Below, piece after piece: positions 17,846-27,847 of a stretch of 38,274 bases of DNA (position 1 is its first letter; each line of letters starts with the position of its first letter). Position numbers and translations under genes: made by a program. This stretch comes from an uncultured Candidatus Saccharibacteria bacterium. GTDB taxonomy: Bacteria > Patescibacteriota > WWE3 > UBA101185 > UBA10185. The notes below the pieces were generated by a model. That model had not been told where the DNA came from, made no database searches, and saw only the letters and a list, made by a program, of their open reading frames with translations. The stretch is from the NCBI GenBank assembly GCA_964535155.1, contig CAZHSR010000003.1:1-38274 (forward strand), given 5' to 3'.

Positions 17846-18954
17846 ACTATTCTACTATAAAAAAAGAAATTCCATATTAGGCCAAGTGCAACTCCTATGA
17901 TGAAGGCAAAATTGGCTACTAATTGGGAATCGCCTAATAAGTCTAGTGTGAGGGGAATTAAAATGCTGCTTCTAAAATAGATGGGGACATAGGAAATTAA
18001 GTAGTATAAAGGGGCTTTTTTTAAAATTTTTATAGGGTCGGTGATTTTTTGTTTGTTAAAAGACCAAAAGTTATTAAAAATGTAGGTAACATTTATTGCA
18101 ATAAAGCCAGAAAGTGCACTGGATCTTGATTCTGATAAAGAGGTTGACCATAGGAAGATATTAAATAAGCCAATGTCAGTAAAAAATCCCAAGAAACCAA
18201 CTAACCCAAATTTTATAAAACTTTCTAACTCTTTTAACCTTAATGTAATAACAACTCTTAAAGAATCCATCATGTTATTTTTTTCCATTTTAGAATCGCC
18301 TCGATCCCTTAATCCAAATTCTATGGGGACTTCTTTTATGCCTGCCCCCAATCGATGCATTTTGTGCAAAAGGTCTATTTTATAGGCAAATCCTTGGGAA
18401 AGAATGCTGTCTAAATCAAGTTTGTCCACAAATCCTTTTACTCTTGAGGCTTTAAAACCAGAAGTAAAGTCATTGACATTAAATATGCCTAAAACGAGTT
18501 TAGAAAAGATGTTTCCACCTACGCTCAGAAACTTTCGTATAAATGTCCATTCTTTGGGGATACTCCCCCCCTTTACAAATCTAGAACCAATGGCGTAATC
18601 AGCACCATTTTCTATTGCTTGTAAAAGTCTAGGGACATCATTAGGGTCATGCTGAAAATCTGCGTCCATTTCTACTATTACATCCGCGTGCATCTCTTCC
18701 ATGGCGTGTTTGAAGCCATAAATATAAGCAGCACCAAGGCCTCGTTTTTCAGGCTCTAATAACAAATGCACGCTTTTATATTGATCAGAGAAATTTTGTA
18801 CAACTTCGCCCGTTCCATCGGGGGAGTTGCCGTCAACAACTAAAATATCAAATTCACCTGAAAACTCAGTCTCTAAAATAGGCACTAATACAGGAATAAG
18901 TTTTTCAATATTTTCTCTTTCATTATATGTAGGAACAACAATTACTGCCTTCAT
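17833..18954 (-). CDS. GT2 polyprenol-phosphate glycosyltransferase (Ppm1/DPM1-like) fused to a C-terminal GtrA-like 4-TM domain
   Basis: 373 aa. VVPTYNERENI, VVDGNSPDGT and EMDADFQHDP. The C-terminal FIKFGLVGFLGFFTDIGLFNIF region is GtrA-like. Confidence 0.8.
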   Translation of the reverse strand: MKAVIVVPTYNERENIEKLIPVLVPILETEFSGEFDILVVDGNSPDGTGEVVQNFSDQYKSVHLLLEPEKRGLGAAYIYGFKHAMEEMHADVIVEMDADFQHDPNDVPRLLQAIENGADYAIGSRFVKGGSIPKEWTFIRKFLSVGGNIFSKLVLGIFNVNDFTSGFKASRVKGFVDKLDLDSILSQGFAYKIDLLHKMHRLGAGIKEVPIEFGLRDRGDSKMEKNNMMDSLRVVITLRLKELESFIKFGLVGFLGFFTDIGLFNIFLWSTSLSESRSSALSGFIAINVTYIFNNFWSFNKQKITDPIKILKKAPLYYLISYVPIYFRSSILIPLTLDLLGDSQLVANFAFIIGVALGLIWNFFFYSRIVWKK

Positions 18955-18958
18955 ATTT

Positions 18959-19213
18959 TTATATCGTCACAAAAAGTATCATTAAAAGGAAGGCTACTAA
19001 ACTAAAGAGGATGTATTCAATAACAACCAATTTTGTAACCCTGTCTTCTAACGCATGATGAAATATACCCCAAAATATGTAAAAAATACATCCAGCGAGG
19101 CCAATGAAAATTTGAATGGGAGTATTAAATCTAAAAAGTACAAAGAAAGCTCCTAGTAAAGCCATTCCAGAAACTAATAGTGCATAATGTTTAAAGTGAG
19201 ATTCTTTTTTCAT
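18959..19213 (-). CDS. Small membrane protein (3 TM), unknown function
   Basis: I prefer the ATG at 19213 (MKKESHFKHY...), which forms an ATGA overlap with the stop of the upstream gene. The track ORF extends to 19243. Confidence 0.45.
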   Translation of the reverse strand: MKKESHFKHYALLVSGMALLGAFFVLFRFNTPIQIFIGLAGCIFYIFWGIFHHALEDRVTKLVVIEYILFSLVAFLLMILFVTI

Positions 19214-20235
19214 AAGATTTTTCCTGGTGACAGGACCAACCAAATACTTCCAAATACAAATAGCAAAAATAGTAAATGCGCAAAAGTATGACCTGTTACT
19301 TTTCTTATGCCTTTTTTACGGGAATACCACATATCTCCCATTAAAAGCAGAGATAAAAATGTAATAAAACTAAACCCTATGAGATTTGTAGCTCCAACTA
19401 TATCGATAAATTGCTTCGGGGGCTCTGAAGTTGAAACTACCAAGCCTGATTCTGTGCCTTCTATAGGGAGAGGCTGATCTAACTCTGACGAATTAGCAGT
19501 TCCTGCTGTGGAAGGAATTGCAGTTGCAGGAGTTTCTTGAGTTACAGGAACTTCAACAGGTCTCTCTGGAAGGGAATCAGGCTCTGCCGAACTTAAATAA
19601 GTAGGAACTCGTGGCTTCCCAAAAGTTTGAACGACTAAAGTGGTTTCATAACCATCCAAAATTCCATTTACCACGGCAAAACCAATATCCTGATAATTTG
19701 AGCCTAATAAGTTCTCTCTATGCGAAGGGGATTCATACCAAGCATCCACAACCTCTTTTGAAGAATTAAAGTTTTTTGCTAAATTTTCACCCGCATAGGA
19801 ATAGTCATAACCCGCACTAACAATGAAATCCCAAGGCTCTGTACCATCTGGGGAGACATGTGCCCAATAATTTTTTGCAAACATATCCTTGGCTTTTGCC
19901 TGAGCGGCAACAGAAAGGGAAGAATCTATTTTTAAAGGGGCTAAACCTTCCAAGGCTCTGCGGTCATTTGTATATTTTAAAAGCTCTTCAATGTAAATGT
20001 CAGAGGCATAACCTAAAATTCCTGGTAAAAATTTGGGGGCTAACTTGAAACTGGCCAAAACAATGGAGAAAAACAGAGAGTAAATAAGCAAGGCAGTGTG
20101 GGACAAAAACGGGGATCTTTGCCTTTTTTCCTCTTGTGGGAGGAATGTATGCAAAAACGAATATTTTTTAATTGCGTTTGTATCTTGGCGCCAGTCCTCA
20201 ACAATACTATTTTGGGCACTTTTATTTTTAGGCAT
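19210..20235 (-). CDS. CAP/SCP/PR1-like domain protein with TM segments and a Pro/Thr/Glu-rich linker
   Basis: CAP-domain block KNYWAHVSPDG...YAGENLAKNF...AWYESPSHRENLL...IGFAV. The track start is TTG 20271, inside the hup terminator. I prefer ATG 20235 (MPKNKSAQ). Confidence 0.7.
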   Translation of the reverse strand: MPKNKSAQNSIVEDWRQDTNAIKKYSFLHTFLPQEEKRQRSPFLSHTALLIYSLFFSIVLASFKLAPKFLPGILGYASDIYIEELLKYTNDRRALEGLAPLKIDSSLSVAAQAKAKDMFAKNYWAHVSPDGTEPWDFIVSAGYDYSYAGENLAKNFNSSKEVVDAWYESPSHRENLLGSNYQDIGFAVVNGILDGYETTLVVQTFGKPRVPTYLSSAEPDSLPERPVEVPVTQETPATAIPSTAGTANSSELDQPLPIEGTESGLVVSTSEPPKQFIDIVGATNLIGFSFITFLSLLLMGDMWYSRKKGIRKVTGHTFAHLLFLLFVFGSIWLVLSPGKIL

Positions 20236-20267
20236 TAAATTGATTATAAAGGAAGTTTCACTCCCAT

Positions 20268-20294
20268 ACAAAAACCCCGCAAAAGCGGGGCTTT
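20268..20294 (-). terminator. Rho-independent terminator downstream of hup
   Basis: The minus strand reads GCCCCGC-UUUU-GCGGGG followed by UUUUUG. The stem is at 20275-20290 and the A run is at 20270-20274 on the plus strand. Confidence 0.65.
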
Positions 20295-20315
20295 TGTATA
20301 AAAGCGAAAAAAGAA

Positions 20316-20591
20316 TTACTCCTTTACTTCGTCTTTTAATCCTTTTCCTGAACGGAAGGCTGGTGTCTTTGTGGCAGGGATTCTCATAGGAGCTCCAGTT
20401 TGAGGATTTCTACCCATTCTAGCGGCTCTACTTCTCACTTCAAATGTTCCAAAACCTGTCCAAGTAACTTTTTCACCTTTGGAAAGAGCTGAGGATACAA
20501 CATCAGCTACTGCATCAACGGCTTTCTTGGCATCAACTTTGGTTAATCCTGCCATATCAGCTACCATATCGATTAATTGTGTTTTTGTCAT
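20316..20591 (-). CDS. hup: DNA-binding protein HU
   Basis: MTKTQLIDMVA...FGTFEVRSRAARMGRNPQTGAPMRIPATKTPAFRSGKGLKD is canonical HU. The ATG at 20591 is preceded by a GGGGGTG SD. The track ORF has a spurious 17-aa extension. Confidence 0.9.
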   Translation of the reverse strand: MTKTQLIDMVADMAGLTKVDAKKAVDAVADVVSSALSKGEKVTWTGFGTFEVRSRAARMGRNPQTGAPMRIPATKTPAFRSGKGLKDEVKE

Positions 20592-20638
20592 TGTGTTAGT
20601 GCACCCCCTTTCAAAAAAACTGCCTGGCTTAATAATTT

Positions 20639-21412
20639 TCAAGAGTCAAGACGAGTTATCGTCTTTGTGACTGAATCTAATAATACACTTCTAAACGCTG
20701 TTGCGCCAGTCTTTTCCCAATCGAATTTTTGTGCCCTTGCTGTAAGGAAGGAATTTATGATTATATCAGCCTTAACCCCAAGTACTGAGTCAATATTTCC
20801 TGTCATGCCAACATCGGTTACAAACATAGTTCCGTTTAATAAAGTTCTAAAGTCACATGTTGGAATATGCGTATGAGTACCTACAATTGCGTCAACTTTT
20901 CCGTCTAAATAAAAAGCTAGAGCATTTTTTTCACTTGTGGCTTCGGCATGGAAATCTATTAAGGAAAAGACATTTTTTTCGCCTGAATATTTGGCTAAAA
21001 TTTTCTCTGCAGTCGTAAAAGGATCTTCTAAATAAGCCATTTTGGAAGAAAATGAAGTTCTACCTAATAAGTTAATTAAAAGTAGATAACCTTTATCACC
21101 AAGATCAAAAAGTTCATAACCTTTCCCTGGAGCTTCAGCAGGGTAATTTGCTGCTCTTATAACAGGTAAATCTTCAATCTCGGATTCAAAGTCTTTGTTA
21201 TGAAAAATATGATCACCACCTGTAAAGAAATTAACTCCCACATCCATCATTTCCTTTATAGTCTTTTCAGAGGCACCCCTTCCATGACAAAGATTATCTG
21301 CACAACCAACAACTACATCTATGGAATGTTCTTTAATTAATCCGGGCAAAACACTTTTAACTTTGTCTCTGCCTGGACTTCCAACTATGTCGCCAATAAA
21401 AAGTACTTTCAT
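20639..21412 (-). CDS. ymdB: YmdB-type (TIGR00282) metallophosphoesterase
   Basis: MKVLFIGDIVGSPGR, GGDHIF and GTHTHIPT motifs. Conserved synteny with rny. Confidence 0.85.
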   Translation of the reverse strand: MKVLFIGDIVGSPGRDKVKSVLPGLIKEHSIDVVVGCADNLCHGRGASEKTIKEMMDVGVNFFTGGDHIFHNKDFESEIEDLPVIRAANYPAEAPGKGYELFDLGDKGYLLLINLLGRTSFSSKMAYLEDPFTTAEKILAKYSGEKNVFSLIDFHAEATSEKNALAFYLDGKVDAIVGTHTHIPTCDFRTLLNGTMFVTDVGMTGNIDSVLGVKADIIINSFLTARAQKFDWEKTGATAFRSVLLDSVTKTITRLDS

Positions 21413-21621
21413 TTTTCTACCTTTCTAATGTGAAAATTATCTACCTCGTACATGTCTAAAATTTTGACAGGTTCCGATGCGGAAAGGATGAAAATGTAAA
21501 TCCCTCCTATTAACAAGGCCAAACCTGCAACAATAAGAAAACTCTTTAAAACAGAGCTTACTACCCTAACAACAAAGGAATAAACAAGTATTAATGCTAT
21601 TACAAGCAATATATAGTACAT
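21409..21621 (-). CDS. Small 2-TM membrane protein
   Basis: 70 aa with two hydrophobic helices. Tightly packed between rny and ymdB with an ATGA overlap. Confidence 0.4.
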   Translation of the reverse strand: MYYILLVIALILVYSFVVRVVSSVLKSFLIVAGLALLIGGIYIFILSASEPVKILDMYEVDNFHIRKVEK

Positions 21622-21622
21622 A

Positions 21623-23281
21623 TTAGCGAGCGGTTTCAGTGATCCTAGTTTCTCTTATTACAGTAACATTTACAACACCAGGATAATTTTGCTCTAATTC
21701 TATTTTACGGGCTATTTCCCTTGCTAGCAAGGCTGTGGAAGCGTCATCAACTACTTTAGGCTCTACAAAAACGCGAACCTCTCTTCCAGCGGAAATAGCG
21801 TAAGCCTTTTCAACTCCATCAAAGGTTAAAGCGGCGTCTTCTAACTCCTTCATTCGCTTGGAGAAGGACTCATAATCTTCAGATCTAGCACCTGGTCTAG
21901 CACCACTAATATGGTCTGCTAAAGCTACAAGAGCGGACTCTATAGAGCTATATTTATCACCATGATGTTCTTTTATACAGGTTAAAATCTCTTCTGAAAT
22001 ACCTTTTTCTTGCAAGTATTCAATTCCATGGTCAACATGACTTCCCTTTCCATCAGGGGATAAGACTTTTCCTATGTCATGGAGAAGACATCCCACTTTT
22101 ACGGTCTCTACATTTGCACCTAATTCTCTAGCTAAAACCATGCCTATATTTGCTACTTCTAAGGTGTGTTTAATTAGATTTTGGCCATAAGAAAAGCGAT
22201 ATTTAAATTTGCCTAAAACACTAACTATATCTTTTGGTAGATCATAAACACCTAACATGTGGCACAATTTGTCACCTTCTTTGTAAATTATGTGTTCCAT
22301 GTCTTTTTGGGTTTCTTGGACGAGGTCTTCTATTCTAACGGGCTGAATTCTGCCATCTGCTAGGAGTCGTTCCATTGCTACACGCCCAACTTCCCTTCGT
22401 ACGGGGTCAAAACATGAGATTATGATGTCTCCTGGGGATGAGTCCAGATCTAACTCCACTCCTGTTAGCTTTTCAAAAGTCATAATATTTCGTCCCTCTT
22501 TTCCAATGATTCTTCCTTTCATATCAGCTTCTGGAAGCTTAATTTTTGCAGTTGTGTGCTCAACAACATAATCTGTCGTGCCATGAGAAAGCGCATCTAA
22601 AAGTATTTCCTGAGACTTTTGATCTGCTGTCTTTTTTATATCTTCCTCTAATTGGCGAATCCTTTTTGCTTTTTCCTCTTGTAGATCCTTATCAAATCTT
22701 GATAGTAACAGCTCGCGAGCTTCTTCTCTTGTAAGTGAAGAAACCTCTTGTAGCTTTTTCTTTTGATTATCCAAAATCTGATCTATTTCTTCCTTTTTCT
22801 TTTCTATTGCCTCTTTTGTTGCGTTAATTGAGTCAGCCTTTTCTTTTAACTCTTCTTTTTGGGCATCAATTTTTGCCTCTGTTACAGCTAAATTCTTTTC
22901 AGATTCCGAAACTTCTTCGCGTATTTTTGATGCCTTTTCTGTGGCCTCATTTGTAATTTGAAGAGCTTTATCTTTTGCCTCTAATAAAATCTCCTTGGCA
23001 CGATTTTTTGCCTCTCTAACAAGCTGCAGCTCATCTATTTTGGATGAAACGGGTTCTGTTGGCGTAGTTACTGGTTCTTGTGGCAAAACTACCGGAGGTA
23101 CCTGATCCACCACTGGGGCTTCTTCTGTTACAGGCGTCTCTTCCGAAGGGATCTGCTCCCCATCCGAAGGGATCTCCGCGTCTTTAGCATCCGACTGACC
23201 AACCTTTTTACTTTGAATAGAATACGCCACACCACCGCCCACAACTGCAGAAATTAAGAGTCCTAAAAGTATAAATTCCAT
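21623..23281 (-). CDS. rny: Ribonuclease Y
   Basis: N-terminal TM, Lys/Glu-rich coiled coil, KH motif GRIIGKEGRNI and HD motif LLHDIGK. A Pro/Glu/Thr-rich stretch follows the TM segment. Confidence 0.9.
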   Translation of the reverse strand: MEFILLGLLISAVVGGGVAYSIQSKKVGQSDAKDAEIPSDGEQIPSEETPVTEEAPVVDQVPPVVLPQEPVTTPTEPVSSKIDELQLVREAKNRAKEILLEAKDKALQITNEATEKASKIREEVSESEKNLAVTEAKIDAQKEELKEKADSINATKEAIEKKKEEIDQILDNQKKKLQEVSSLTREEARELLLSRFDKDLQEEKAKRIRQLEEDIKKTADQKSQEILLDALSHGTTDYVVEHTTAKIKLPEADMKGRIIGKEGRNIMTFEKLTGVELDLDSSPGDIIISCFDPVRREVGRVAMERLLADGRIQPVRIEDLVQETQKDMEHIIYKEGDKLCHMLGVYDLPKDIVSVLGKFKYRFSYGQNLIKHTLEVANIGMVLARELGANVETVKVGCLLHDIGKVLSPDGKGSHVDHGIEYLQEKGISEEILTCIKEHHGDKYSSIESALVALADHISGARPGARSEDYESFSKRMKELEDAALTFDGVEKAYAISAGREVRVFVEPKVVDDASTALLAREIARKIELEQNYPGVVNVTVIRETRITETAR

Positions 23282-23462
23282 AAATTCCTTTCTTTTGGCT
23301 ATTTAAAGCCACAAATTCAATTAATATATTAAGAAAGAGAAAAATGGAAAGGATTAAAAAACCCGCAATTTCCCAGTATTAAGCCGTAAAGTATGATTGT
23401 AGTTATTAAAATAAATCATATTTTTTGTCCATAAAAATCCATTTTCCTCAATGGAGTCAATT

Positions 23463-23942
23463 TTAGTTTCTTTTGAGTTTTCTGTCAACAAAGGTACAAA
23501 TGGTGTTGTAATTAAACCCTCTCTGTCTTAAATAGTGAATTATTTTTGCAGGGTCATCAGAATTATATTTTTCTATATTTTTTTGTATTAAATTCTTTTC
23601 ATCTTCCAAAGAGTAGTGAAAATTAAGTGCTTTTTCGCATATCTGCTTGGGCACACCTTTTTTTCTTAAAAATTGAGTTACATAGTGAGGACCTTTTGGC
23701 TTGGATTTCTTTTTTTGCTCTTCAATATAAGAAATAGCATAGTCCAAATCATCTATGTAACCAATTTCTTGTAATCTCTTTATAGCCTCATTTGTTAAGT
23801 TCTCTTTTTCCTCCGCGGATACTTCCTCAAAGGGGTGCAAAAAGTTTAGAGACTTTTGTTTTACTTCATATTCAGTACGAGGTTTATATGAAAGGTACTT
23901 CAATATGTAATTCTGTAAGTCAACAAAAATCTCTTCGGACAT
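23463..23942 (-). CDS. recX: RecX-like regulatory protein
   Basis: 159 aa helical-repeat protein immediately downstream of recA. RecX-like segments RTEYEVKQK, IGYIDDLDYAISYI and FLRKKGVPKQI. Confidence 0.65.
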   Translation of the reverse strand: MSEEIFVDLQNYILKYLSYKPRTEYEVKQKSLNFLHPFEEVSAEEKENLTNEAIKRLQEIGYIDDLDYAISYIEEQKKKSKPKGPHYVTQFLRKKGVPKQICEKALNFHYSLEDEKNLIQKNIEKYNSDDPAKIIHYLRQRGFNYNTICTFVDRKLKRN

Positions 23943-23948
23943 TTAGCG

Positions 23949-25049
23949 TTATTCTTTATCAGGAACTGCTTCTGGAACATCCTTTGGTACTTCCGGATTC
24001 TTATTTGTTGTTCCAATTGCAAAGTTTTTATTTAGGGTATCTCGAACTTCCTTCTCTAAAGAATCCCTTATTTTTGTATTTTCCTTTAGATAAGCAATAG
24101 AATTTACGCGACCCTGACCTATTTTTTCACCCTTATAGCTATACCAAGCACCACTTTTTTCTACCAATTCCATATTTGCACCCACATCCAACAAGTTTCC
24201 TTCTCTACTAATTCCTTCGTTAAACATAATGTCAAATTCTGCGGTCTTAAAAGGAGGGGCAACCTTGTTTTTTACAACCTTAACGCGCACTCTGTTTCCC
24301 TGAAATTCATCCCCATCTTTTATGGATTCAATTCTTCGGATTTCCATTCTCACAGAGGCGTAAAATCTTAATGCCTTACCTCCACTAGTTACTTCTGGGT
24401 TTCCAAACATTACTCCTATATTGGTTCTTAACTGATTAGTAAAAATAACAGTGGTGCGGGACTTATTTACAATTGAAGTAATCCGTCTCAAAGCCTTACT
24501 CATTAATCTGGCCTGTAAAGCAATGGTTGAATCCCCTATTTCTCCTTCCAATTCTGCCTGTGGTACTAATGCCGCAACAGAGTCTATAGCTATTACATCC
24601 AAAGCGTTAGATCTAATTAAGGTTTCGGCTATTTCTAAAGCTTGTTCTCCAGTATCTGGTTGAGAAACTAAAAGCTCTTCCACATTTACTCCAGTTTTTT
24701 CAGCGTACATGGGGTCAAAAGCGTTTTCAGCATCAATTAAAGCAGCGGTTCCTCCAGCTTTTTGAGCCTCAGCAATAATATGTTGTACTAAAGTAGTCTT
24801 ACCCGAAGATTCTGGACCATAAATTTCTACAATTCTTCCTCTTGGGACGCCTCCAACTCCTAAAGCTATATCTAAAGCAATGGAACCTGTAGGGATTACA
24901 TCAATTCTCACTTTTGCCTTATCACCTAATTTCATAACTGCACCTACTCCAAAATCCTTTTCAATCTGAGACAAAGCTGACTTCAAAGCCATTTGCTTTG
25001 GATCTTTGGATTCAACTTTTTGCTCATTAATATCTTTTTGGGTTGCCAT
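23949..25049 (-). CDS. recA: Recombinase RecA
   Basis: Walker A motif GPESSGKTT plus the IDAENAFDP and FTNQLR blocks. I prefer the start at 25049 (MATQKD...) over the track start at 25112. Confidence 0.95.
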   Translation of the reverse strand: MATQKDINEQKVESKDPKQMALKSALSQIEKDFGVGAVMKLGDKAKVRIDVIPTGSIALDIALGVGGVPRGRIVEIYGPESSGKTTLVQHIIAEAQKAGGTAALIDAENAFDPMYAEKTGVNVEELLVSQPDTGEQALEIAETLIRSNALDVIAIDSVAALVPQAELEGEIGDSTIALQARLMSKALRRITSIVNKSRTTVIFTNQLRTNIGVMFGNPEVTSGGKALRFYASVRMEIRRIESIKDGDEFQGNRVRVKVVKNKVAPPFKTAEFDIMFNEGISREGNLLDVGANMELVEKSGAWYSYKGEKIGQGRVNSIAYLKENTKIRDSLEKEVRDTLNKNFAIGTTNKNPEVPKDVPEAVPDKE

Positions 25050-25148
25050 AATATTTTTCCTTTCAAAAAATTCTAATAAATCAATTCTATTGGAATAATC
25101 ATTTTGAATCAACGACTATATTCTAGTTTAAATAGATGTTTTTGCTAG

Positions 25149-26603
25149 TTATAGGATTTCTATTGCCATTTTAAGCCTATTTAACACTACTTCCTTGTCT
25201 ATTTTAGATAGAAAATCAAACAAAGGAGGCGTGGCTTTTTGCCCACTTACCGCCAGTCTTAGGGTCATAAATGCCTCTTTTGGGGAATATCCAAACTTGG
25301 TTAAGGCCTCATGAGAAACCTTATCTAGCTCTTCAGAATTCCAATTCTCTACATTCTCGTACAAACCGTAAAACTTTTGCAAAATCTCCGGGGTCTTTTC
25401 CTTTCCATAAGAAGTCAAATCTTCGGTTGAGATTTTTGGATCTTTAAAAAAGTACACTACCAAACTAGGAAATTCTGATAACAACTTCATTCGTTCCTTA
25501 ACTAGTTCAGTAATTTCTGCCATATACTCATCGGAAGCTTCTCCAATGCCTAAATCTACGCCAAATTCTTTAGCCCATTTTTTTACTTTTTGCCACAGCT
25601 CCACCGAAGTTAGCCCGCGAATATAATAACCATTCATCCAAAGGAGCTTTTGCCTATCAAACGCAACTAAATCAGTTTTATGCACTTTTTCCAACGAAAA
25701 ATCGGCAATAAACTCACCCAACGAGTAAATTTCCTTTTCTGTACCAGGATTCCAACCTAAAAACATTAAAAAGTTAAGTAAGGCCTCTGGCAAATAACCT
25801 TCACTAAGAAAATCTATGGCAAAAACCCCACCATGCCTCTTTGACATTTTTACATTACTACCTATTTCCTTTAAAACAGGTAAGTGAGCTACTAAAGGCA
25901 ATTCCCACCCAAAATATTTATATAACAAAACATGCTTTGGAGTAGAAGGAAGCCATTCCACGCCTCGAATAATGTGGGTAATTTCCATTAAATGGTCATC
26001 AACAACAACTCCCAAATGATATGTTGGATAACCATCGGATTTAAGAAGTACTGTATCGTCAATGTCATTGGAATTTACGCTTGTATCCCCCAAGATTTCG
26101 TCATGAAATGAAATTTCCTCATTTTCAGGAACATTTAACCTTATTACATAGGGAATTCCTGCATTCAATTTAGACTCAATCTCACTTTTAGAAAGCTTTA
26201 AGCATCTTTTATCATATTTTGTAACAGGCAAACCTTGAGATTTTTGCTCATTTCGCATAGTATCAAGCTCTTCCGAAGTACAAAAACAATAATAAGCTTT
26301 GCCTTTTGCTACCAATTCTTCGGCATACTTTTTATATAAATCTAATCTTTCAGATTGAACATAAGGGGCATGAGGACCGTCAACTTCTGGGCCTTCATCC
26401 CAGCTTAAACCATAGTCTTTAACAACTTGTAATAGCCTTTCTAAAGAGCCTTCCACATATCGATTACGGTCTGTATCTTCAATTCTTAAAACAAATTTTC
26501 CTTCTTGTTGCTTGGCAAAAGCCCAGTTATACAAAAAAGTCCGCATACTACCAATATGAAATTCACCTGTAGGGCTTGGAGCCATTCTTACTCTAACTGA
26601 CAT
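25149..26603 (-). CDS. gltX: Glutamate--tRNA ligase
   Basis: Class I HIGH-type motif PSPTGEFHIGS, the KMSKR loop, and 484 aa length. Confidence 0.95.
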   Translation of the reverse strand: MSVRVRMAPSPTGEFHIGSMRTFLYNWAFAKQQEGKFVLRIEDTDRNRYVEGSLERLLQVVKDYGLSWDEGPEVDGPHAPYVQSERLDLYKKYAEELVAKGKAYYCFCTSEELDTMRNEQKSQGLPVTKYDKRCLKLSKSEIESKLNAGIPYVIRLNVPENEEISFHDEILGDTSVNSNDIDDTVLLKSDGYPTYHLGVVVDDHLMEITHIIRGVEWLPSTPKHVLLYKYFGWELPLVAHLPVLKEIGSNVKMSKRHGGVFAIDFLSEGYLPEALLNFLMFLGWNPGTEKEIYSLGEFIADFSLEKVHKTDLVAFDRQKLLWMNGYYIRGLTSVELWQKVKKWAKEFGVDLGIGEASDEYMAEITELVKERMKLLSEFPSLVVYFFKDPKISTEDLTSYGKEKTPEILQKFYGLYENVENWNSEELDKVSHEALTKFGYSPKEAFMTLRLAVSGQKATPPLFDFLSKIDKEVVLNRLKMAIEIL

Positions 26604-26609
26604 GATGTG

Positions 26610-26615
26610 ATTTTA
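26610..26615 (-). promoter_or_regulatory. -10 box TAAAAT placed for a leaderless gltX
   Basis: The minus strand reads TAAAAT-cacatc-ATG (N6). Confidence 0.4.
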
Positions 26616-26632
26616 ACATGAAACTTTTGTAA

Positions 26633-26638
26633 TATAAT
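26633..26638 (+). promoter_or_regulatory. -10 box TATAAT placed for a leaderless start at 26646
   Basis: TATAAT-aaaagta-ATG (N7). Confidence 0.4.
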
Positions 26639-26645
26639 AAAAGTA

Positions 26646-27806
26646 ATGAGTTTAACTACAACTGCCAAAAACACCAAACTTGCCTTTTGGCTCTCAATAA
26701 TTTTTATAATCGTCTTTCTTTTGGGGAGGTACATTTTTATACCAACCTTGAAAACCGCCTATAATAGGGCTTTTCCTCCAAAAAATCCTCCAAATCCAGT
26801 ATATGGACTTTTAGATCCAATTGAATTTGAGCCGCAAAGAATCCTTAATACAACGCCTCCAAAATATACTTTATTTACAAAAGATGGAAGATTACCTGCA
26901 GATTTACCTAATAGAGCCACAGTTTATACATATGCACAACCTGCTTTTTCATATGAGGCTGGAAAAAGAGCTTCTGCTGATGCTAGTAAATTAGGGTTTT
27001 CAGATGCTACACTTTCCACAAGTTTAAAAGGCAACGAATATAGATGGGTTGACCCTGCAACAGGAGCAAGCCTTTTTGTTGACATAACAACTTCCGAATT
27101 GGAAATGAAAATTCCTGCATATTCTTTATTTGGAGCATTTAAACCAGGTTCTATAAACAGGGTAACTGGTCCCTCCACAGCTAAATCTATTTTGCAAAAT
27201 ATTGGCAGATTTTGGGATCCTTTATACACAAGCGGAACTCAAACTACAGAAATGGGAATTGTTAGAAATAATGGAATTGTTTACACAGCATTTCAAGGGG
27301 AAGCAGAAGTAGCAAGAGTTGACTTTTTTAGATCTGTTAATAATGTCCCACTTGTTGGCCCTGTTTATAAAGAGGGTTTAATTAGAATGGTGGTTGCAAT
27401 ACCAGAAAAGGACCAGGTTATAAGGAGGAGCCCTTATATTTATTACAATGTGAGGGAAATTGTGCAAAATTCTCAAGCTACTTATCCATTACTTCCTATT
27501 GCAACAGCTTGGGAAGAAGTTGCCAAAGGCGAGGGCGTAATTTCTTTTGTAAGACCAGGCACTCAAAGCGTTTTTGATGAATATAAGCCAATTAGAGTTA
27601 GTGAGGTTTTAATAACTGATATATTTTTGGCCTATTATGATGACACTAGAGAACAACCTTATTTACAACCTATTTATGTTTTTGAAGGAAGCTATACTGG
27701 ACCCGATAATTCTAAGGGGGGAATAGCTATTTATTATCCTGCAGTTTCTGGAGAATGGGTGAAGAAGGAAGAGGTTGAGACTGAGGCGATTGTGCCGGGA
27801 CAATAA
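26646..27806 (+). CDS. Hypothetical N-terminally anchored extracytoplasmic protein
   Basis: 386 aa with a single N-terminal TM (LAFWLSIIFIIVFLL). I recognise no family. Confidence 0.5.
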   Translation: MSLTTTAKNTKLAFWLSIIFIIVFLLGRYIFIPTLKTAYNRAFPPKNPPNPVYGLLDPIEFEPQRILNTTPPKYTLFTKDGRLPADLPNRATVYTYAQPAFSYEAGKRASADASKLGFSDATLSTSLKGNEYRWVDPATGASLFVDITTSELEMKIPAYSLFGAFKPGSINRVTGPSTAKSILQNIGRFWDPLYTSGTQTTEMGIVRNNGIVYTAFQGEAEVARVDFFRSVNNVPLVGPVYKEGLIRMVVAIPEKDQVIRRSPYIYYNVREIVQNSQATYPLLPIATAWEEVAKGEGVISFVRPGTQSVFDEYKPIRVSEVLITDIFLAYYDDTREQPYLQPIYVFEGSYTGPDNSKGGIAIYYPAVSGEWVKKEEVETEAIVPGQ

Positions 27807-27847
27807 TTTATTTTACAGCGGAGTTTTAAGAGCAAATCTCAAGAGCG

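Noticed and set aside
15717-18954. Reading ugd plus ArnC-like GT2 plus ArnT-like GT-C as a lipid A aminoarabinose (arn) pathway
   Set aside because: No arnA/arnB/arnD-type genes are present and nothing in the window indicates LPS biosynthesis. Only the generic polyprenyl-phosphate sugar logic is supported.
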